A DNA stretch of 60,012 nt, filler included, from Dirinaria sp. TL-2023a (GCA_051941275.1; 4 parts of 4 records of this genome joined end to end with filler, not necessarily neighbours in it), one strand, 5' to 3'; positions 11,919 through 25,488 are shown, counted from the first letter of the whole stretch. Made by a program: numbers and translations. The notes: generated by a model from the sequence alone, not told the origin.

Positions 11919-14752
11919 ATGGGCCAAAGCGCGTCCTCTCAGCGCCAGCGTGAAGAGCTGCCGCGCCGCAACCCTCATCGGTTTTCTCAATTAGTCCATG
12001 AACAAGAAGGCAGTAGAGACCAAGCAGAAGCGCAGTCCACGTCTACCAGACAGAGTATACATGCACACACTTTATCTACTCCATCGCCAGGTCATTCTGA
12101 TCCTGCGGAATCGCTCCAGAGCACGCCGTTCGCGACCTTTAGCCGTCAAATCTCCGCGCAGTCAATTCCAGCAAGTGGAAGCCATGCACCAACCGGGAAT
12201 CCCACCGCGCGAGATTCGATTTTCTATGAGCAGCACGAAGAGCGTCCGCTAGTCAATATGGAAGATCTAGGGATGCGGGACGCACCAATTACACACATTA
12301 CAGCAACACCTTTACCAAGACGGACGTCCGTTCTCTCAAGACTAGGCACAAGACTACTACCGAGGTCGAACAGCCGCCAGACTGCAGAGCAAATGGATAC
12401 TGGTAACGCTAGTGGCACGTTGCGTCGAAGGTTATCTCGTAGTCTGCCCACGCGGTACACTCAGGGCCAAACGACCCCAAACCACCACCGTCTTTCTATA
12501 CTCGGTTCCATCTCCCCTGGAAGTCATACTTTGCCAAGGTCAAGGCGCCGAAGAGGTTTAGCTTCAATATCCCAGCCATATCCAATCACCGCAGAGCCGT
12601 TGGTATATGCTCACGGAGACCGATCGCCAGAAAATCCCCCTAGGTCAGAAACTTCCGGTTCCCCCACACCTCTGGTAGGTCGTGAGAGGCGCTCGTTAGC
12701 TTCTAGGGAATCGCGTTTTTCTCGGATTCGCAGATCTCTATCAATTCCCCTAGAGAGTCTTCTCGCAACAAGTCGTAGTCCGTCTCCTGAGGAGGGGGAA
12801 ACACCAGCTCCGCTGCAAAGGCTTCCCCAAGACACATCAAGCCCGGTCCCAGACTTCCAAATTCCACCGCTCCCTGTTGCTGAGCCGCAGCTTGACTTTC
12901 AAAGTTCACAGATAGCCAGCATGCCACCGCCAGCAAGGGACGAGAGCGCTCAAGGCTTTCAGCACGTAGCCGAGACCGCCGATAGCACGTCAACTCGAGC
13001 AGAAGGCTCGAGCTGGACGGAACGGTGGGCTGACCGAGCGATTGGAGCGCGGAGAGAGTCTCGAAGAATGCCGAGTATGCTTCGCGGCAGATCGAGCCGA
13101 CTCATCAGACGAGACGACGACGGTCCTTTACCTCGTATCTTGCACTTGGCAGCGGCAGCAATTGCTGCCCAGCTATCGGGCGCTCCTGAGCAAGCTTTCA
13201 ACAATACTCAAGCCATCGGTGCTGAAGGTCTTGATGGAAGCTTGGCGAATCTTTTCCGCACGCTGCAGCTTGCGACTGCTTCAACGACTGAATATCACGG
13301 TCCCAGCGGCGGTAGTGATCCGCCACGGCCTGGTGGTGCTGCAGGACCTCTAAACTTTCTGCGGGTCTTTCGTTTTGTAGGCAATGGTGCTGCTGAAAGC
13401 GCGAATGGGGCTGGGCCGGGGACGCCAGCCAGCGGTGAGGATGATCCTGCCTCGGGTGAGGGTCTGGAAGCGTCGGAAGGCCGATTTGTGACTCTCGTCA
13501 TGGTCGGGGTGAGATCCGTACCATCTGACCATATAGGCGAAGACGCCCTTAACGCGCCTACGCTAGACGCATTGTTGAGTATACCAACCGGGCCTTCAAA
13601 TGATTTTCTCAGGAGCGGGTCCAGAGGCTTGTTAAGACATGCGGATGGACGACCCAGATTTCCCAGGCGCCGAAGGGCGTCCATGGGCGGCGTCAATCCA
13701 TTCCCTGCCAACTATGACAGCCAGCGGCATCAGCGTATGCGTAGCTCCAGCCGTCAAGGGTCTACCGATGCCACGTCTGTTGTTTCGTCCTCGTTGCCAA
13801 TGGCGCTGTCGGAATCCCCTCCAGGCCCGCATCCACCTCCATCAACTCCTGCCGACCCTGGTTTGTCTACATACTCATCCGGAACGACTACTCCTAACCG
13901 GCGGCCTTCATCGGCATCAGCATTGCAGCATCCTTCTCTTCCCAGCCGCGACCTTGCTGCACAGCATCTTCGCGAAGCAGGCATACTGACCCCGGAGGAT
14001 CAAGCATTGCGAGCTGTCCAGCAGCGACGACGCAGTGATTCAGAATTTGCTCGTCAGCGAGACTTCGGCGCTGGTGCTGCGAGGCGCAATGGCGTAGTGG
14101 AGCCAGACGAGGTCGAGACGGGCGATCCCCCCACGCAAGGAAGCCGCAGCTGGCTGATTTATGTTGTGGGTACTAACCTATCCGAGGACCATCCGGCTTT
14201 TGCTACTCCGAGTCTATTCACAGACGTAGGCGTTCCAATAACTCTTATCCGTATCCCCAGAATCGTGCTAATCAGCGCTCGCAGAATCCTACCTACGAAG
14301 ATATGATGCTGCTTTCTTCGCTCCTGGGACCGGCTAAGCCGCCCGTGGCCAGCCGCGAGGACGTAGCCTCTGCTCCTGGAGTCTACATTATTCGGGAAAT
14401 CGCAGGAACCCTGATAGCGACAGCAGCGGCAGGGAACGATGGCCTTCAAATAGCATCTGGGGAGCGCTGCCTCGTGTGTCTTTGCGACTACGAGCCCGGA
14501 GAAGAAGTGCGCCAGTTGTCAAAATGCACTCACGTCTTCCACCGGCAGTGCATTGACGAGGTGAGTCAAAACCGCGGGGCTCTCGCCGACCCATCTACAA
14601 GCTGATAATTCCCGTAGTGGTTAACCACTGGACGCAACTCATGCCCATTATGTAGAGGCCAGGGTGTCGATGAAAAGAGCAGCGGGCAACCAGGAACGTC
14701 TCAGCCCCGGCCGCGGCCTCGCTCTCACGCTGCGCCGAGTTCGGCTTTATGA
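11919..14752 (+). CDS. RING-H2 finger protein (putative E3 ubiquitin ligase) with long disordered N-terminus
   Basis: Exons 11919-14225, 14285-14560, 14618-14752. Spliced C-terminus NPTYEDMMLLSSLLGP...CLVCLCDYEPGEEVRQLSKCTHVFHRQCIDE-WLTTGRNSCPLCR is a C3H2C3 RING. N-terminal MGQSAS is a possible myristoylation site. Confidence 0.88.
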
Positions 14753-14865
14753 GAGTCGCTTGAAAAGCCGACGAAATCGTTAAATCATCATGGGGTCGGC
14801 AAAAACGGCGGCTAGAGCGTGCCAGCGAGAGAGAGCTGAATCTCATCTACTTCACATTTCCTTCC

Positions 14866-14895
14866 CTTCTTCTTCTTCTTCTTCTTCTTCTTCTC
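14866..14895. repeat. (CTT)n microsatellite near contig end
   Basis: About 9 tandem CTT units visible. Confidence 0.8.
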
Positions 14896-14965
14896 CCGAG
14901 GCTTACAAGATGCTCATGACCTACTAAGAATGTAACTTTTTTTTCTCTCTCTCTCTATTCCAGCG

Positions 14966-15065
14966 NNNNNNNNNNNNNNNNNNNNNNNNNNNNNNNNNNN
15001 NNNNNNNNNTTAATTAATTAANNNNNNNNNNNNNNNNNNNNNNNNNNNNNNNNNNNNNNNNNNNN
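14966..15065. other. Artificial contig spacer (N44-TTAATTAATTAA-N44)
   Basis: Six-frame stop linker at 15010-15021 flanked by Ns. Confidence 0.98.
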
Positions 15066-15286
15066 CCGACCGCCGTCGCCGAGGGTTGTTTTTCTTCCTC
15101 ATTGTCGAATGATTTTACGAAGTCTTCATATACAGCGGCTGTTTCTTCTTGTTCGCGCTGTCGTTTGGCTTCCGCTTCCGCTTTCTGGCGCTCGAAGACG
15201 GATTTCTTCGTAGGGGCGGTGAGCTTGGAGCTAATGTCTGGGAATTCTCGAATTTTTGAGTCTTGCCCCATGTTGTAATTAGGCAT
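15066..15286 (-). CDS. U2SURP: U2 snRNP-associated SURP-motif protein (SR140-like), N-terminal fragment
   Basis: KIREFPDISSKLTAPTKKSVFERQKAEAEAKRQREQEETAAVYEDFVKSFD matches the recalled N-terminus of fungal U2SURP. Truncated by contig end; start could be 15271. Confidence 0.7.
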
Positions 15287-15593
15287 CAATAATGGAAGCA
15301 GGTACTTAGACAGGAGAAGTCACTTCTGTTTTCAAGACAACCTAAGGTAGCATATCTTATCATATCTAAAGTACCTGAACTCAGGTACTCGTCTCGCTCG
15401 TACCTCGGTAAGTTCAAAAGCCCCTAGCGCAGCCCTATCGCGTCCTGATTGGAACATCCCGATAAGGTACTCGTATCTAGAAAGTTGACTACTGCCTCGA
15501 GGCTCCAGCGCGGGACGATTGGTTACCTTATTATTCTACCTTACCTTACCTTTCTCTTGCTTTGGATCCGCTGCTGTATAGCATGTAGGCAAC

Positions 15594-16786
15594 ATGTCGA
15601 CCAAGACAGAGCTGCAAGATCTCTTGCGCTTCCTTTCAAATGATGCCAAAGTGCCGCTTGCAGTAGCGATGTCCAAAGTCAAAGAATTGCAAAAGTCGAC
15701 ACTGACAAGGTAATGCACTGTTTGCTATCAGACTGGGGCGTTATGGCCTAATTTCGACATAGCTCAGAGCTCATTGCAAGTGCAAGCATCACCAAGATAC
15801 AGTCAATTTTTACAGACGAAAGGCTTTCTAAACAGATTCTCAGTGCAGCCAAGCGCGTCTCCAAAAAGCGTGCAGCGGGTCCTTCAGACTTCGACCCTGC
15901 CGTCAAGCGGAAGAGGGTCTCACCCACCGAAACTTTGACTCCTGCGGCCATTGAAGCCTCACTGAATCTCCCCTTCAGCAACGTTGAAGAAGACGAGCTA
16001 GCTTCTACAATTCTTGTCACCAACCGGGCACCTCTAGTACTTGCATTCGTTGTGAACTTACTGAAATATACCATGCCGTCCCAACCACTCTCTTCCCGGC
16101 TAAGTCTGGCACAAGCGGTGGTGAGTGTCAACAGTAAGAGTAAGGCCATAAGTCTCGGCATAGAAAACGGTAGCAGTGCGGAATCAGAAGGATGGGGACA
16201 AGGACAGCCTTCGATACGCGTGATGGGGAGAGATGTGAGGGTGATGAGGAGATGGGGCTACGATCCCCATGAAGGAGCGGCCGGGAAAGCGCAGACTCAG
16301 ATTGACGCTGAGGTGGAAAATTCCCAATCAACAGTTAAGGAGGATAACGACGGCACCAAGTGTAGAGATGACGAGGAACCGGCGCTTTGGGGGCTCGACC
16401 TTGAGGCACTTCGATCATCCAATGGTCCGGTTGTCTTCGATGACTCCGAGTCCACCAAGCTCCCAATTTACAAGCCTGAATCCGCTCGATCATATATTCT
16501 CAAATCCTTTGCTTCTGCTCCTTCTACAGATCTTGCTCCACCAAAGAAGAAACTGTCAGCTGCAGCGCTTGCGGCGGAAAAAGAGCGGAATTTGGCATTG
16601 CTGCTCCAATCGCTTGATCTTCTCTATGCCTCCTGGGCTCAAATACTCAGTACCGAAGAGCTCGACAAGAGAGCTTGGTCTTGGTATGTTGCGGTCCGGC
16701 CCGAAGTCCAGCAAGGTGTTGCTGGATGGGGAGGCAAGGGACAGGTCAAGCTTAGCCAGATATTGGATATGCGGAGGAAAGGATAA
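15594..16786 (+). CDS. Conserved fungal hypothetical protein
   Basis: Exon 1 15594-15709 (MSTKTELQDLLRFLSNDAKVPLAVAM), intron 15710-15762, exon 2 joins the ORF ending 16786 (TNRAPLVLAF; AWSWYVAVRPEVQQGVAGWGGKG). Confidence 0.8.
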
Positions 16787-17770
16787 TATTATGTAAGACC
16801 GTTCGAAGGGATCTTGGTATTTTTTCCTATCACGGTCATCGAAAATCGGTGGATGATAGTCGATGAGCTCAGGTTCCTCGTATACTCAGCTCTCTCAAGA
16901 TGTCCAGATGCAAAGCAACTCCAGAGGGCGCGTCAAAGAACAGATACCGTCTGTCATGGGAGTCGCAAGATAGGATGATGGCTGGCATCACACACGCTCG
17001 ATAACGCCCAATAGCTATCGTTGTCAAAGAATGGGATTTCAAAGCCATCGCTTACAAGATGCACCCTTCACCGTGTCCGAACGTATGCCAGCAGCAACGA
17101 AGCAGAGACTGCCCGTTTTGACTGTTTTCACTTGATAATTTAGGACTCGATTTGAGTATGGGTGGTCTTGAAGCTGACTGTTGCCAGCAAAGCGTGCGCT
17201 AATTGCTGACACCGGTGTATGAGGGGACGAACGAGGAGCGTACCACCCTCCTTAGTGTCAACAATTCGTCTTCATCTATCAATACCCTGCGATCTTTTGC
17301 TGCCTCAGAATTAAATATATTCGTTCCTCTCCAGCCAAAGAACGAGATTCAAGCCGATGACGTTTTCACGAAGGGCTGATGAACTGATTCCCCTTGAGCT
17401 TTTCACTGTCAAATCGATAAATCGTCGAGCGTTTAAAAGACGCTAAAGAAGGAAGATGACTTTGCAATTCTAATCCTGAAGCATCGACTTGAGAAGGAAG
17501 ACATTGATAGACAGTCAGTAGTATTGACTGGGCATGTCGAGGAGGGAAGAAATTTGAGATGCCAAGATTTCGCAACACACATGCACACGCCAAATGTTTT
17601 GCTCACTAAGGTAGCTCCCAGTTCAAATCCGCTGCACCGTCCCGGGCAGGCAACTGGAAAGTAGATTCGCTGCAATCATCATAAAGGTTCCAGCAATTCG
17701 TAGCCACAGATTATTACGAAGGTATTCATGCAGAATTCCGAGTGTCGGTGGATCTACGACAGGCTTCCAA

Positions 17771-18880
17771 TCATGCCTCCAAAAACCGACCTAATTCGGT
17801 CAAGTTGCTAATGCGGCTTATGCCGCGATCTGTATGTGCTTCTCCACGGTCGAGCAGCACACTTTCCCAACCAGCATTTAGCGCAGCATGATAGTCTTTT
17901 TCTGGCTCGTCGCCAACGTGAATGCAGCGAAGATCTTGTCCCATCGACATCTGCACCATATCCTTTGTGGCGTTGAAGATCTGAGGATCTGGCTTTGAGA
18001 CACCTACATCATAGCTCAATGCAACGAAATCAAAATCGATCTGGCTGCCGTTAGGACGTTGCTGTCTTGTCAAATCGGTTCCGTAGCGCCAAGCTCCGAC
18101 CGAAAGGGAGAAACTGGACAGTATCGAAGATACTCGATCGTCTGAGTTAGTGAGGACTCCCACTAAGGGTGCGGACACATTGCCGCCGCCCTGGAGCTTT
18201 TGCTTCGCTTCCTTTAGATTGCGAAAGAATGGGATTACGTCGGGAAAGAGCCGATATCCTCTTCCACTCGAAAACCTTGTCAGGAGCGCAGGGACTAAAC
18301 CCTGAGGCAATTCGCTGTTTTTGGAAATATATGGTTGGAACGTGGCACTGATAACCTGCCGACGTCAGATGCATTCGACATCGACTTCATTACGACAGCG
18401 TGCTATTTGAATCACATCAGAACCCACGAGGTTTTGCAGTCCACGGATATTCATGATGCTTCCCGGCTTTGTCCGTTCCAGCGGTTAGGTCTCACTCATG
18501 TCATGTGACATGAGCATGATCGAGAAAGAGTCCAATAGCGTCAGGACTTTTGGGGGACGTATTCGTATACAGAATATGTACTGTACCTACATTGGCCCAC
18601 CATTCCGATGCTTTCATCCCCACCTTCCTGCCATAATTTGGGCGTTTGCGTGATTCGTTCTCCAGAGCTATCTCCTCCATGTCAGCCCACTGTTGCATGA
18701 GCCGATTGCCAACGCGCATTTCTCACCCTTCTGAAAGCTCGACGCTATATCGTCGTCTGTGAAATCACGCAAGCCGTAGCTTCTGGCCACGCTACCATAC
18801 TGTTTTGCAATGGGTTGACGAGGCGTAAACAGTGTCCCGAAAGCATCGAAAGTCAAAAGCGTCGGTGTTCTCAGCTTCAT
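17771..18880 (-). CDS. HAD-superfamily hydrolase (HDHD3/YMR130W-like)
   Basis: Exons 18880-18727, 18667-18591, 18355-17771. Motif I TFDAFGTLF, motif II LTNSD, motif III SKPDPQIF, motif IV HVGDEPEKD. Confidence 0.88.
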
Positions 18881-19704
18881 GACGGACCCAAGTCTCTAGG
18901 CGCAGACTCGTGTGGGTCTATGTACTGTACAGGCGGGAACTATGATAAGGAAAATTTAATGGGATGCCCTGGGGTTGGAGGACGGCGGCCACATCTCGGG
19001 TTTGTCTCATGTACTCGAGCGAGAAAGGGTTGCAGATCATCCATCCGTGCGTACCCTTTCCCTTCCCGGGTGTGGGAAGCGAGCAGCGGGACGAGCCTCG
19101 ATTTGGAGAAATACCGAGTATGCGGAGTCGCCGTGACCAAATCTCGATAAGACATACAGTATCTAGTGTGGGAGTGGGTGGTGGTGATGATGATGGGATG
19201 GGTAATGGGTATCGAGAAAGATCCGGACCCTGGATTCCGGCCAGAAGTCACCCGACATAAGCGTGCTCGGCCGAGACCCGCTACCGCTAAGAGGGCAAGC
19301 AGCAGCGAGACCAGGTAAAGTCAGGTAAGGTAAGTAGCCTAATAAGGTAGCCTAGTAGGTAAGGTAAGCGGCGTCCCGCGACGGGACTCACCAAAAGCTC
19401 ACGTCATTTTTCAACTTTGTGTTTAAACCAACCAACTAAAGTTACAGGCACATCTGACGAGCGTGCACAAAATTCCCCTACAATACCTTACACGCATAAC
19501 TCCCTCACAACGCCCAATCGATTCCCTTAAATATCTTTGGGTCGAGTGCATACATTAACTGACCACCGCTTATCTTCTCTCCTCCCTACAGTACCTTACC
19601 CCAACCAGTCTCACCAAGGCTCACCAGTCCACTTTCCAGAGGGCACAGCAGATAGCCCCAAATACAACCATCACGCAAAATTGAATTACTCGTTGCTGCA
19701 CAAC

Positions 19705-21279
19705 ATGGCTTCTCGACCACGCAATGTGGGCATCAAAGCTATTGAGATCTATTTCCCCAGCCAGGTACTGTGCTCAGTCCGGAAATTCGCGCCTGCAGAT
19801 CGATGGACGCTTTTCCCAGGCTCCCCCCGCTGACGCTTTTGAATAGTGCGTTGACCAGTCCGCGCTCGAGAAGTTCGATGGAGTCTCCGAAGGGAAATAC
19901 ACAATTGGATTGGGGCAGACGAAGATGAGCTTCTGCGACGACAGGGAAGGTAGGCGATCATGCCGAGTACCTCATCTTGATATGCAAGAGCTTACTTGAC
20001 TATTTCTAGATATCTATTCCTTCGCACTGACCACAGTCTCATCGCTCCTCCACAAATACTCAATAGACCCCAAGTCCATCGGGCGACTAGAAGTTGGCAC
20101 AGAAACGCTACTAGACAAATCCAAATCGGTCAAATCGGTCCTGATGCAGCTCTTTGAACCTTGCGGCAACTCAAGTATCGAGGGTGTAGATACTGTCAAC
20201 GCTTGTTACGGCGGCACCAATGCACTCTTTAACACCATCAACTGGGTGGAATCGTCGGCGTGGGACGGACGAGACGCCATCGTGTGCGCCGGGGATATTG
20301 CACTATACAAGAAAGGAAACGCGCGCCCCACAGGTGGTGCCGGCTGCGTTGCCATGCTTATTGGTCCCGACGCTCCTCTTGTTTTCGAGCCTGGTAAGCG
20401 AGGTAGTCACATGAAGCATGTCTACGATTTCTACAAGCCCGACCTTACTTCCGAGTACCCGATGGTTGACGGTCATTATTCTGTCAAATGCTACACCGAA
20501 GCCGTCGATGCCTGCTATCGAGCTTACAACGCCCGCGAGTCCTCATTACAGTCAAACGGGCTCGCGAATGGATTCCGGGAGTTAGATCCATCCTCCACGC
20601 CACTGGATCGGTTCGATCACGTCCTTTTCCACTCACCAACCTGTAAACTTGTGGCCAAATCTTATGCACGCATGCTCTACAACGACTACCTCACCGCACC
20701 GGACCTGCCCGCTTTTGAGTCTGTGCCTGCCGAAATACGGGATATTTCATACGAACAATCACTCAGCGACAAGACCGTTGAAAAGACGTTTATGGGGCTC
20801 AGCAAGAAAAAATTTCAAGCTCGAGTACAGCCCGGCATTGAGGTGCCAACAATGTGCGGAAATATGTACACAGCCAGCATATACGGCTCGCTATGCGCAC
20901 TACTCAGTAACGTGTCTGCAGATGAGTTACAGGACAGAAGAATTGCATTGTTCAGCTACGGAAGTGGCCTGGCCAGCTCACTCTTCAGCATCAAAGTCAA
21001 TGGAAATATCGATAAGATGGTGGCCAACTTGGATCTGCACAAGCGATTAGAGGCACGTCGGACGGTTGAGCCTGAGGTGTATGATGAGGTAAACTGATCA
21101 AATGTCTCAGCGGTGCACAATGCAAAGCTAACAGTCCTCAGATGTGCCTACTCCGAGAGAAGGCTCACTTGCAGAAGGATTTCAAGCCTGTCGGCAACGC
21201 GGACACGATCGTGCCTGGGACATACTACCTTACTGAGATCGACAGCATGTTCAGACGTAAATACGAGATCAAGGCATGA
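19705..21279 (+). CDS. ERG13: Hydroxymethylglutaryl-CoA synthase
   Basis: Exons 19705-19764, 19847-19949, 20010-21088, 21142-21279. [36 protein letters not shown], catalytic [29 protein letters not shown]. Confidence 0.98.
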
Positions 21280-22250
21280 ACACGGGGCGTGGACAAGGCA
21301 GAACTTTAGAGCCGATTTTTGAATATGGAGCTGCTCGCCAGGTTCCCGCGGAAGGTGGTGGACTGATGCTTTGCTGATATTGGTACGTTCTAGAAGATAG
21401 ATAGATAGACACTGATAGCTGCGGTTCCCGCTTGCAACATTGAACATTTGTCTGCGGTTCATGATCTATCCTTTCACATCTGCAAGACGGGAGCTACCTT
21501 TTCGGATGACCAGAACTCTGGTCACTGCATGGTTGAGGAGATCGAATCGCGCCGTTTGTAGACGATTGCTAACGCTGAGAAGGCTGTTGTACTCGAAAGA
21601 ATAAGTACTGTATATTATTGTTGTTGACTCGGCAGCCTCTCCGAAGTCAGCGTGGCAGGCAATCGCCCAGCATAAAGGAAGAAAGAATGGCTTGAGGCGC
21701 AGTACGGGCTGATTAGGGGGGGCCGGATCAATTGCCCGTGGTTCGCTACCGATGCAGTACTTTTGCTTCAGTAACCATTTCCTTTGATTAAGGCGAGTAA
21801 AGTAAAGTATGTGATTCGGTGTTCCTGCACGTTATATCCCGGGGCAAGAAAACATCAAGGGGGTTCAGGTAGAATAAGAGAAGGGGGAAGTCCAGCTGAA
21901 GTTGTATTGATAATAGGTACCGTACGAGCGTACATACTACATCCATATTAGGCATAAGTGAAACACGGGGTCTTGGCTTTCTCTCGAAGCCGCTCCGTCC
22001 GCCCTCTAACCCTCTTGCCCTGGACTGGAAGGATTATTGCCTAGTAGCTGAGAAGTCCTAGTAGTCTGTCATTTACTTTTTCTTGACATACTCTATATAC
22101 ACTACCTTCCATGCCAGTCCGCCCGACACTTCCTTCAGACATAGAAGATTGATGCCCATACTGCTGCAGAGGCGAGGTATTCGACCGCACGGTTGAAACC
22201 CCACCACACAGCGTTGGGACTGCCTTCATGCGAACAGGAAACAACATCAG

Positions 22251-24522
22251 ATGGCTCATCAACAAGCCGGTCCACAGCAATATGGTCACGATTTCCATCC
22301 TACCCCCGACTCTAGGCGCTCCTCAACTTCAGATGTGTTCAGCGACATACACGCCTTAAGCCCACTAGAAGCCCCAGCAGTCCCATCTTCTGCTGATGAT
22401 GGCGAGCTGTTAGCCGCCAGTCTTCGGGAATCCAGTCCAGTCCGCAGATCATTGTCGTTACATCCTTCGGTTCAATCGCGATGGAATTCTCTGCGCAGAA
22501 GTGGCAGCTTGCATCGGGTTGCTAAACGCGGATCCGTTTCGTCTCGTCGCGATGGCTCCGTCACGGCATCCACCTACTTATCTGGTGCTTCGTCTGATCA
22601 CGAAACCATGTCACTGAATTCCATGCCACGAAGGATGACCAGCAATGCCTCTTCCATCGTTGTACCGCGCACCGTGAGTCCTTATCACGGTCCTGCGGGA
22701 CCGAGCCATCCCTACGCTATGTACAATCAAGATATCGGAGTCGGCAGAACACCGAGCAACGCCACCAATTCAACCGCCAGGACGCCTCTCAGATCCTATA
22801 CCGGACCATCTGGACCCTCGCATCCTTATGGAATGTATGCTCAAAACACCGTGTCTGAGGACGACGTAAGTGCCGGAGCAGAGATCAACCCTGCTCTTCC
22901 TCTGGGTTTTGCCGGAGCTGGTCACAGATATCAAAGACATCTTGGCCCGGAAGGGGAGGATGCAGACGATATCATAGGCCCAGATGGCCACACCGAGCAA
23001 CTTCCTCCCTACACACGGTATCCCAACAACGTTCCGCCGGAAGACGATCGCATTGAGCCCCTTGGAAACACGAGTGATCCGTTTGCCGATTCTCAAAATA
23101 CACCGAACACAAGTCCGACAGAGTATGTACACAACACGAACCCTCTACCTGTAAACGCTTCTACAGCCATGGACTCAGCTCCTGAAGTTCCAAGGTCAGC
23201 AGATGAGGGTGGTCACTACAAAGAAGTTCCATCTGCTAGAAGCAAGAGGCGAAAGTGTGGGGTTGTGCCACTATGGATCTTGGTAGTGGCGATATCTATA
23301 CTTGTTGCGGTTGTAGTTGGCTCTGTTGTTGGTGCGGCCATTCACCGCCATCACGATCCTCATGACCAGCCGGAACCGCAAGAACAGGAATCGCCTCTAG
23401 CAGCGTAGGTTTGACCTCCTGAATTAGTCTACTGATGCTAATGACTGCAGTGCATCAACGGTCACTGTGACGACCTCTTTGATGGATGCCCAACCTCTAG
23501 CGTCAACGCCTTCAAATCTCCCTCCTGCTCCTACTGGATCCTTCTTGCTATCCATGCAGAACTCTTCAAAGTCGAAAGCCGATTGTCTTTCTTCAGACGC
23601 AAGCCAAGGCAATGCCTGGGCTTGCGCCAATGGCCTAAAGATTAATATCCAGCTTGGTACTTCAGCTGCTGGACACTTCCAAGCACAGATAATTTTCGAG
23701 TCCCCGCCCAATTTACCGATTCGATATGGTCCACAGCCCCCTAACATGTCGCGCCCTGCAGATTTGAGACTTGTGACAGACCAAGGCGGCGCTGACAGAG
23801 GGCCTGCCTATTTTTTCCAACAGCTGTATGATAAAGTTGTCATAGTCAGGGAATCTGAATTTGCCAACGTTAATTCCAAACGTTGGCATGACCATGTCTC
23901 AGGAAGGCATGAGATCGGCGAGCTAGAAGAACGGCATTGGTTTCAGGAGAATGTCGCGAGCCCAACTGATCGTCCGTGGTACTGCTTCTGGAACAACACT
24001 GCTATCGAAGGCTTCATCTATATCAACGAAGGTACAAACGGTGTGTCATCAGTCCAGTCAACCTTTACAACAGCTCCCTCTTCAGCTCTTTATGGAAGCC
24101 TTGAATCATTGGCGACCAGTATGTTTAAGAACCAGTGGGCCAGTGCAGCACCTCAAGTGACGCCACCCCCCGTGCCTGTTCCTTCCCTGACTGTGGGAAA
24201 GCGCCAAGATACAGGCACTCCTTTTCCCAAAGTTTTCAAACTCGAAGAGCTACGCGGCCCACGCCGCAAATCGGCTTACTGCCAACAAATGGAGATCTCC
24301 AGCAACAATTCACCATCTCCTCTCCCTGGCCAGTATGTGCAACTGAACGAGAGCGAGCCATCAACACAAGCTCGAGTCTCCCGCCACACCAGCTGGTCAA
24401 GCCCAAGAAGACGACGTGATGATGGGTCTTTGGAGAAGAAAATCGTTCGAGACGACGACGACGACGATGACGATGATGACCCGTTGGTGAGCTCTTGTGG
24501 ATGTGAATGGCTTAACCAATAA
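22251..24522 (+). CDS. Conserved fungal single-pass (type II) membrane protein of unknown function
   Basis: Exons 22251-23404 and 23451-24522 join in frame. Ser-rich N-terminus, GPDGHTEQLPPYTRY, one hydrophobic helix (VPLWILVVAISILVAVVVGSVVGAAI), Cys-containing C-terminal region (PWYCFWN, CGCEW). Confidence 0.8.
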
Positions 24523-25488
24523 GCGTGCCCATCCAGCACTTTTTTGTGAGCTTTTGATGCGAGTGCCTGAGAACTCTCCAAGGAGTTAGGACGGACTGGG
24601 ATCGTGAAGGTTCTTGCTCGGCGTTGTGCGGAAAATAAAGCTATGCGAGGTCTATGCAAGCTTGTGGAGTATACGGTGTGATCATGTGGCTGGCTCAGTT
24701 GCCATTGGTTTTTTTCTATACACGGATTTACCTGAGCTCGATGTCTGACCTTCCTGTCCATAGCTTCTTCATTAAGCAGGTAGCGTCTTAACGTTACCTA
24801 GCTTGTGAATTATATGTAGTTGAGCTGTATATTGTGGGGCTACTTAGCCACGGGGCTGATCATCACAAGGAGCACGGTCTCTCTGCAAACTGCGAGTGTT
24901 TTGTGAATATCAACTAGCTTCCTTTCGAGACTTGGGCATACCTATTATGACTCTCTAGAAAGACCAAAGCTCTAGTAGTGCGCGGGTGGAGCAAGCTCCC
25001 TCGTGGGCTGGCACCAGTGACCACTGGCCTCAACACTAGTGTGAGCTACTGCTCCTTACATACGGAGGCAGCATGAGGTCAAGCTGCTGACAAGGACTGA
25101 ATTGATAACTGCCCTCATGAAAACAATCTAACCATGCCTATCGCTGGCTCTCGTCCGTGGTGCTTGTAACATTTGCACGTGCCCCCTTTCCGCCTTGTGA
25201 ACCTGACCTTCAACACCGCAACTGATCATCGATCTTCAGAACAGCCCACCCAACAGCTGCTTGGAACCCTACACGCTCTCAGCTGAGGTGTCGCTCATGC
25301 TTTCTGACATTGGCAGTCATTTGAACGTCATTCCTTTCGAGTCGACTGACATCTGGAGCTTTGCTATCTACTTGTGAGCGGCACCCCGCTGCGCACTGAC
25401 GCCATTTCTGCCGGTTGCAGAGCGAGATAGATACATCTCTTCGAAACACCAGATAGCTACCAGGCTGCCGGAGAGCTAGATTCACACT

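Noticed and set aside
18440..18510. Possible TPP riboswitch in the HAD intron (CATGAG...GAAGCATCATG on the minus strand)
   Set aside because: Lacks the conserved CTGAGA and GAACYTGAT...GATAAT...GCG core, and the host is not a thiamine gene.
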